From contig JAPPMP010000026.1 of assembly GCA_028819005.1 (NCBI GenBank), forward strand, positions 96 through 64,095: a DNA stretch of 64,000 bases. Direction: 5' to 3'. Origin of the DNA: Acidimicrobiaceae bacterium (GTDB taxonomy: Bacteria; Actinomycetota; Acidimicrobiia; Acidimicrobiales; Aldehydirespiratoraceae). Positions 58,342 through 64,000 of this stretch are shown here, piece by piece. Position 1 is the first letter of the stretch. Each line of letters begins with the position of its first letter. The translations under genes were made by a program, and so were the position numbers. The notes under the pieces were generated by a model that had not been told where the DNA came from, did not search any database, and worked only from the letters and a program-made list of their open reading frames with translations.

Positions 58342-59784
58342 GTGTCCCATAGCCCTGACTACAAAGTCGCGGATCTGGATTTGGCAGAGTTCGGCCGCAA
58401 AGAGATCCGTTTGGCCGAGCACGAGATGCCGGGTTTGATGGCCCTGCGCGGCAAGTATGCAGACGAAGCCCCGCTGGCGGGAGCCCGTATCGCCGGCTCG
58501 TTGCACATGACCGTGCAGACAGCGGTGCTGATTGAGACTCTCACTGCTTTGGGAGCCGAGGTGCGCTGGGTGAGCTGCAACATCTTCTCTACCCAGGATC
58601 ATGCCGCCGCCGCTGCTGTGGTCGGCACGGACGGCACACCCGACGACTGCCGCGGCACTCCCGTCTTTGCTTGGAAGGGTGAAACCCTCGAAGAGTATTG
58701 GTGGGCGACTGAGCAGTTGTTCGTGTGGCCCGACGGTGAGGGCCCCAACCTGATTCTCGACGACGGCGGCGATGCCACCATGCTGGTTCACAAGGGTCTG
58801 GAGTTCGAGAACTCCGGCGTGATTCCGGATGCATCCGAAGACGACTCAGAGGAATGGGCGGTATTCCTGGATCGCCTTCGTGACATTGCCGCACGCGACC
58901 CGCGATTCTTCTCCCGAATCGCACCCCAGATCCGCGGTGTCTCCGAAGAGACGACCACGGGCGTCAATCGTCTCTACCAGATGTTGGAAAGGGGTGAACT
59001 GCTCTTCCCGGCGATCAACGTCAACGACTCGGTCACGAAGTCCAAGTTCGACAATCTCTACGGCGTGCGCCACAGCTTGGTCGACGGCATCAACCGAGCC
59101 ACCGACGTGATGATCGGCGGCAAGGTTGCGGTCGTCTGCGGCTTCGGTGACGTGGGCAAGGGGTGCGCGGAGTCGCTCGCCGGCCAGGGCGCACGGGTGA
59201 TCGTCGCCGAAGTCGACCCCATCTGCGCCTTGCAGGCGGCCATGTCCGGTTACGAAGTCAACACCCTTGAAGCTGTGATCGAAAAAGGCGACATCTTCAT
59301 CTCGGCTACCGGCAACAAGGACGTCATCTTGGCCGGCCATATGGCGAGAATGAAGCATCAGGCCATCGTCGGCAACATCGGGCACTTCGACAACGAGATC
59401 GACATCGCCGGGTTGAAAAAGATGTCCGACGTGCGCAAGATCAACATCAAACCGCAGGTCGACGAGTACCTGTTCCCTGACGGACATTCTGTCATCGTGT
59501 TGAGCGAGGGTCGACTCCTGAACCTGGGGAACGCCACCGGCCATCCGAGCTTCGTGATGAGCTGCTCGTTCACCAATCAGGTGCTGGCTCAGCTGGAATT
59601 GCATGCCAACGCTGACACGATTGAGCTGGGTGTGCATGTGCTGCCCAGGGCGCTCGATGAAGAGGTGGCCCGACTCCATCTCGATGCACTGGGTGTGAAG
59701 CTGACAACGATGAGCCAGGACCAAGCCGACTATCTGGGAGTGCCCGTCGGCGGTCCCTTCAAGCCCGATCACTACCGCTACTAG
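58342..59784 (+). CDS. ahcY: Adenosylhomocysteinase
   Basis: [19 protein letters not shown] motif [18 protein letters not shown]-terminal YRY. 480 aa. Confidence 0.95.
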   Translation: MSHSPDYKVADLDLAEFGRKEIRLAEHEMPGLMALRGKYADEAPLAGARIAGSLHMTVQTAVLIETLTALGAEVRWVSCNIFSTQDHAAAAAVVGTDGTPDDCRGTPVFAWKGETLEEYWWATEQLFVWPDGEGPNLILDDGGDATMLVHKGLEFENSGVIPDASEDDSEEWAVFLDRLRDIAARDPRFFSRIAPQIRGVSEETTTGVNRLYQMLERGELLFPAINVNDSVTKSKFDNLYGVRHSLVDGINRATDVMIGGKVAVVCGFGDVGKGCAESLAGQGARVIVAEVDPICALQAAMSGYEVNTLEAVIEKGDIFISATGNKDVILAGHMARMKHQAIVGNIGHFDNEIDIAGLKKMSDVRKINIKPQVDEYLFPDGHSVIVLSEGRLLNLGNATGHPSFVMSCSFTNQVLAQLELHANADTIELGVHVLPRALDEEVARLHLDALGVKLTTMSQDQADYLGVPVGGPFKPDHYRY

Positions 59785-59830
59785 TTGTCAGTTCTTGTCA
59801 GTCCACTTTGGGATCTTCGTTGATCTTGAT

Positions 59831-60301
59831 TCAAGGATCTGGAGACGAACAGGCGAGGTTGTTGTGTCCCTGCCATATTTCAACATCATGTTGTGTTCGC
59901 ACATATGCCGATTCGTGGTCGGCTGCGATATAGAGTTCCCTCCCTCGGTTGAACAGTCCGGTGTGTATCGCATCTGGTGGCAGTTCTACGAGGGTTGAAT
60001 TGGTTCTCTCGTACCATAGATCGAGCGCATCGGATTGTTTGTACGAAGCGAGCACCCCCGTTGTCGTGAGTCCTAGGCGGATAGAGAGACGGTTGCCGGG
60101 CTCGCATCGCAACTCGAACATGATCGCAAACGGGACGCAAGCGCCGGTGCTGTCCTGCCACATAGAGGCATAGTGAACATCCTCGATGTCTTCCTCACAT
60201 GCGGATCTCACCCTGGTTTCTTCGGAGCAGCTCATGGCGGTGAGGGCCAATCCAAGGCACAACGCGCATTGCAGGAACCGGAGGCCGCTATTCGAAGACA
60301 T
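59831..60301 (-). CDS. Hypothetical secreted protein or lipoprotein (low-GC islet)
   Basis: N-terminal hydrophobic leader LRFLQCALCLGLALTAMSC with a possible (atypical) lipobox. Several Cys pairs. No family recognised. Confidence 0.4.
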   Translation of the reverse strand: MSSNSGLRFLQCALCLGLALTAMSCSEETRVRSACEEDIEDVHYASMWQDSTGACVPFAIMFELRCEPGNRLSIRLGLTTTGVLASYKQSDALDLWYERTNSTLVELPPDAIHTGLFNRGRELYIAADHESAYVRTQHDVEIWQGHNNLACSSPDP

Positions 60302-60605
60302 GGCCGGGACCGTTGGATGTGTCCGCAGGACCGGGAACGATCGGGTTTGCCGGGGTCAGCGTACCGGCGTCTTCACTGGTGACGGCAATAGCGCCTCGGA
60401 GCTCAGAGAGCGTCGCGTGTCCGAAAGCAGTGCTGGCACTCCCGGCTTCGTCGTTGACGAGCACCACCAGCGGCGAGTTCTGGCTGTCGCTCGGTGAGTT
60501 CTGGCTGTCGCTCTCAAGCACTATTCCAGCCTCGCCGGTCGCTAGGTACACGTGCGGCACCGAGAACCCGTTCAATGTCTCCCTCGGATCCTCAATGAAC
60601 AGCAT
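60288..60605 (-). CDS. Hypothetical protein (low-GC islet)
   Basis: 105-aa ORF between the protease and the secreted-protein genes. It overlaps the downstream start by 14 nt and contains the SDSQNSP duplication. No family recognised. Confidence 0.3.
   Translation of the reverse strand: MLFIEDPRETLNGFSVPHVYLATGEAGIVLESDSQNSPSDSQNSPLVVLVNDEAGSASTAFGHATLSELRGAIAVTSEDAGTLTPANPIVPGPADTSNGPGHVFE
60475..60513. repeat. 21-nt tandem duplication (in frame, SDSQNSP x2 on minus strand)
   Basis: GAGTTCTGGCTGTCGCTC(GGT) is repeated at 60475 and 60496. Confidence 0.9.
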
Positions 60606-60635
60606 GGCGTTGGGTTGCCTATTGGTGTCTGAATA

Positions 60636-61220
60636 TCAGTATCGATTGTTCACATGGGCGATATCGTGCAAACTCAGGGTCTTGCTTGATCGACCGGCCC
60701 TTTCGGTCTTCATGCATGACGTATCGTTGGTTGTGTGTTTGAGTCCGACGGTGTGGCCGACTTCATGGCAGCCGAGTTCTTGCACTTCCGACGTCGTCAT
60801 GCGGTTCATGCTGGCAATGTTGAACAGCACGTACCATCGTTTGCAGCGGTTGCCGAGTCCGAACAGGCCCGACGCCCGATTGCAGTGGGCAAGACCGTTA
60901 TGTGTCGCCCACCACGACACAGACTGTATCCATGGAGTTGTCGTGTAGTCTGCATCGTAGAAACAAATGTCTGTGTTGCTTTTGCAGGTGCCGTCATTGA
61001 AGGTTGACATATCAGTCCTCGAGTTGAGTTCGGCGACGCCCCAGTTCGCTGCTGTTATCCCGTCAGTCGTCAGGTTGACGCGTGCGAAATAGTGATCAGC
61101 GTTGTCTGCGTAGTAGCTGTCGAAGTTGCTGGCATGGGCCGAACCCGCGAACGATAATGAGAGGGCCACTACGGCAATGACTCCGACTACGACATGCTAA
61201 CTGGTCCGCTTGGGGGTCAT
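60636..61220 (-). pseudogene. Metzincin-type secreted zinc metalloprotease; signal peptide interrupted by in-frame TAG (uninterrupted ORF 60636..61169 from GTG)
   Basis: HEVGHTVGLKH matches HExxHxxGxxH, with a downstream SCM Met-turn candidate. Upstream in the same frame: ATG(61220) TPKRTS TAG(61199..61197) HVVVGVIAVVALSLSFAGSAHA. Confidence 0.6.
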
Positions 61221-61443
61221 GGGCCATCGTCGGATGGCATGTTGATCACTGTTCATGCTGCTTTGCTCCATTCCTGTGAACCACCGGTTAGCTGCAAGCG
61301 ACATCAAACTCGGTCGCCTCGTCGCGTTCTCGTGTCTGACTCAGGTCTCAGGGTACGCGGCCACGTGTGCTACGATCTGCCAAACTCGGGGCGTTGTCTG
61401 TCAACTTCGCGGCAGGGTTTAGCAGGTTGAGTCAGGGAGGTCC

Positions 61444-62163
61444 ATGATGGATGTTGAGTCAACCGGAACGTCGGACGATCGGCCGCGTGCTCTGGTGCGC
61501 GTAGCTTGTGGGCGTATCGCCGGGTACGCGAATGCGATTCTTGAGACGCACGAGCTAGGTGTAACCGAAGGCCCTCACGAGTTACTTTGGAGTGCCGAAT
61601 ACCAGCGGGAGGCCGTTCGAGTCTGCGCAGCCTCTCTGCCAACTCCGTACCAAATCTGCGTCGGAGAACTCTTCCGTTACAGCTCAGAGCTCATGGCAGA
61701 CGAGACGATCCCGGGGCACCTCGCGGAGGATTGGATGATCATAATGAGCTACATGAACTCGGTGAGTGCTGCCGTGTCGGAACACTATGCGGTTGCGGGA
61801 TCCCAAATGCTGAAACCCGACGTTCCGCTCCCGGAAGGGATTGCTGTCGGCGAGTCCTTGCCGATGGCAATCCGATTCGACCTGTTGGCTCGGTTGAGCA
61901 CCAGCGAAGGTGCGCGGCGACTGGAGCGTGCAGCGATCGCCGTTCGAGAGCAGATGGAGACCCCACTACTAGTGCTTGAAGACGCGGAGCGTCATATGTT
62001 GACTCGGCTGACGAACGGGATGGCAATCGTGGACATTGCCGCAGAGATGGGCTACTCGGAGCGTTCCATGTACCGATCCCTCGCGCGCCTGTGGGAAAAG
62101 CTTGGCGTGCCAGGTCGTAAGGAAGGTATTCGCAGAGCAGCCGAGGGAGGCTTTCTCGACTGA
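61444..62163 (+). CDS. LuxR/GerE-family transcriptional regulator
   Basis: C-terminal HTH LTRLTNGMAIVDIAAEMGYSERSMYRSLARLWEKLGV. SD GGGAGG precedes the ATG. Divergent from the protease gene. Confidence 0.75.
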   Translation: MMDVESTGTSDDRPRALVRVACGRIAGYANAILETHELGVTEGPHELLWSAEYQREAVRVCAASLPTPYQICVGELFRYSSELMADETIPGHLAEDWMIIMSYMNSVSAAVSEHYAVAGSQMLKPDVPLPEGIAVGESLPMAIRFDLLARLSTSEGARRLERAAIAVREQMETPLLVLEDAERHMLTRLTNGMAIVDIAAEMGYSERSMYRSLARLWEKLGVPGRKEGIRRAAEGGFLD

Positions 62164-62249
62164 GCGCGAGCGTAAGAAGGATCATTCTGGTCGGTAGCGC
62201 TGCTCGTAACTTCGCCCCCGTTCAAGCGCGGGTCAATTAGATTGACGCC

Positions 62250-63137
62250 ATGACTTCATGTGACAGAGGTGTCTGGTTCGCCCCGGAGGGGCTGACGGGT
62301 TCGCAAGTAGCTGACTTCGGTCTGCGGGTCGAAGAACTGGGTTACTCGACGCTCTGGGTGGGGGAGACTTTCGGACGCGACCCGTTTGCCCAGCTGGCCG
62401 CGATCGGCGCGGCGACTTCGTCTCTGAACCTGGCCTCAGGTATCGCCAATGTCTACAACCGGCATCCGGGGGTGATGCTGCAGGGCGCCAACACCGTGGC
62501 CGAGCAGACCGGCGGCCGCATGATCTTGGGGCTGGGGGTTTCGAGTCCGGCGATCGTGCAGCGGGTCCGAGGAATCGAATACGACAGGCCTCTTTCGTTC
62601 ATGCGCGGCTATCTCGATGCGATGGACTCAGCGCTCTACACCTCCGTGAGTCCGCCTCAAGAGGTGCCCCGTGTGCTCGCTGCGCTCGGCCCGAGGATGC
62701 TTGAACTTGCAGCCCAGCGCTGTGCGGGCGCGCATCCCTACAACACCACGCCGGAGCACACCGCCTGGGCCCGTGGAATTATCGGTCCGGAATCGGGGCT
62801 CTATGTTGAGCAGAAGGTGATGCTCACCAGCGACCCGGCCGTGGCCCGTGAGACTGGCGCAAAAGTTCTGAAGTTCTATTCCCGGGCGCCGGGATACCGC
62901 AATGCCTGGTTGAAGATGGGTTTCTCCGAACAAGACATCGACGATCTCAGCGCCAAGCTTGTCGACGGTTTGGTGGCTTGGGGCGACGTTGCGGACATCG
63001 AGGCTCGTCTCGCCGAACACGCCGAGGCGGGAGCGTCCCACGTTTGTGTTCATCCGCTTCATCCCGGTTCTGGTCAGGGCGCCGTCGATGACGCCGTCTT
63101 GGCTGCACTGGCGCCGATGCCGGAGTCGCCGACCTGA
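62250..63137 (+). CDS. Luciferase-like monooxygenase (LLM) class, probable F420-dependent oxidoreductase
   Basis: The pattern GVWFAPEGL...ELGYSTLWVGE...LGLGVSSP is typical of the LLM/F420 subgroup. 295 aa. Confidence 0.7.
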   Translation: MTSCDRGVWFAPEGLTGSQVADFGLRVEELGYSTLWVGETFGRDPFAQLAAIGAATSSLNLASGIANVYNRHPGVMLQGANTVAEQTGGRMILGLGVSSPAIVQRVRGIEYDRPLSFMRGYLDAMDSALYTSVSPPQEVPRVLAALGPRMLELAAQRCAGAHPYNTTPEHTAWARGIIGPESGLYVEQKVMLTSDPAVARETGAKVLKFYSRAPGYRNAWLKMGFSEQDIDDLSAKLVDGLVAWGDVADIEARLAEHAEAGASHVCVHPLHPGSGQGAVDDAVLAALAPMPESPT

Positions 63138-63153
63138 AAGCGAGCACGGAATC

Positions 63154-64000
63154 ATGGACGAGTTGAACGGCAAGGTTGCCGTGGTCACTGGCGGCGCCAG
63201 TGGTATCGGCAGGGCTGTGGCTCTGGCGCTTGCGGCTGAGTCGATGAAGGTGGTGGTTGCCGATATTGAGCAACCACCGCTTGATTCAACCGTTGTCGAG
63301 ATCGAACGGGCCGGGGGCGTGGCTGCGGGCGTGCTCTGCGACGTTTCGGAGTGGGAATCCGTGGACGCGTTGAGAGCTCAGTGCGAGTCGCTGTTCGGGC
63401 CTGCGGATGTGGTGATGAACAATGCGGGCGTCGCCGGTGGCGGTTCCATTTCCATGCTTGATCTGAGGGCTTGGGAGTGGACGCTGGCAGTCAATCTCTG
63501 GGGTGTCATCCATGGCGTGAAAGCCTTCCTGCCTGCGATGATCGAGCGAGGGTCGGGCCATGTGACCAACACCGCCTCGATTGCCGGCCACCTAACGTCC
63601 ACAGGCATGGGCGCCTACAACGCCAGCAAGCATGCGGTGGTCGCCTTCAGCGAGACGCTGCAACAGGAGATGCTCGAGGGCGGCACCGGCGTCGGGGTGA
63701 CCTGTCTGTGTCCTGGATTCGTTGCGACCAACATCATCAACAGCGAAAGGAACCGTCAGGAGCGGTACCTCGAACCAGGCTCGGGCCTGGGCCCCGATGT
63801 GGGGGGAGATCTGGACGGCACGAGGCTGGGAGACGCCGGTTCTGCGATCGCGGACCTGTATGCGGCGCAGATGGAGCCGGCCAGGGTCGCGGAGCGGGTC
63901 GTTGCCGCTATCCGGGCGAACCAGTTCTGGCTTTTCACCGATGATCTGGCGGACGGTATGATCCGAGAACGCCACGCGGACATTGAACGCAAGGCAACGC
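63154..64000 (+). CDS. Short-chain dehydrogenase/reductase (3' end beyond window)
   Basis: My own translation from ATG 63154 shows VVTGGASGIGRA, NNAG and YNASKHAV (YxxxK), with no stop before the window end. It is not in the ORF track because it is open-ended. Confidence 0.85.
   Translation, partial: MDELNGKVAVVTGGASGIGRAVALALAAESMKVVVADIEQPPLDSTVVEIERAGGVAAGVLCDVSEWESVDALRAQCESLFGPADVVMNNAGVAGGGSISMLDLRAWEWTLAVNLWGVIHGVKAFLPAMIERGSGHVTNTASIAGHLTSTGMGAYNASKHAVVAFSETLQQEMLEGGTGVGVTCLCPGFVATNIINSERNRQERYLEPGSGLGPDVGGDLDGTRLGDAGSAIADLYAAQMEPARVAERVVAAIRANQFWLFTDDLADGMIRERHADIERKAT

Overview
Densely coding, high-GC segment (GC judged by eye, not computed) with actinobacterial-type gene content. 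No rRNA, tRNA or CRISPR array was recognised.

Layout:
- 1-3.9 kb: accessory patch. It holds the end of an IS3-family element, a class-II Fic AMPylase behind a perfect palindrome, an XRE regulator, and gene debris (a nucleotidyltransferase-like stub joined to an SF1-helicase C-terminal fragment).
- 3.9-16.6 kb: envelope glycan cluster. It has a GT2, three GT4, a GtrB-like polyprenyl-phosphate sugar synthase, three GT-C-type polytopic proteins and a coiled-coil methyltransferase.
- 16.7-20.7 kb: lpdA-like flavoprotein, accA, birA.
- 20.9-25.8 kb: LCP ligase, ugd, uxs (UDP-xylose), fcl.
- 26.4-35.3 kb: eight tightly packed same-strand genes. They are a STAS antagonist, a REC-PP2C phosphatase, an RsbW-like kinase, a LivJ-like lipoprotein, a HAMP histidine kinase and three GT4 enzymes. 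No sigma factor was found anywhere in the window. This is the best candidate for an undescribed regulatory-glycan system.
- 35.4-41.7 kb: manC, galE, and an overlapping-codon operon rmd-gmd-cofD-cofE.
- 41.9-54.3 kb: a 1050-aa GT2-membrane protein with a DUF5719-like partner, a thioredoxin-like protein, ftsH, DUF3499, a CPBP protease, and a 1327-aa ORF that joins a huge polytopic protein to a Ppm-like GT2 domain.
- 54.5-59.8 kb: ppk2, manB, trm112-like, manA, ahcY.
- 59.8-61.4 kb: low-GC islet with a metzincin protease whose signal peptide carries an in-frame TAG.
- 61.4-64 kb: LuxR regulator, F420/LLM oxidoreductase, partial SDR.

Cross-cutting signal: the window is unusually rich in exact tandem repeats. 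Three are intergenic and sit immediately after stop codons (71 bp x3.5, 46 bp x2, 72 bp x2). Four are in-frame coding repeats (GT4 N-terminus, BirA core, AYP x4, SDSQNSP x2).

All functional calls come from motif recognition by eye. No database search was run.
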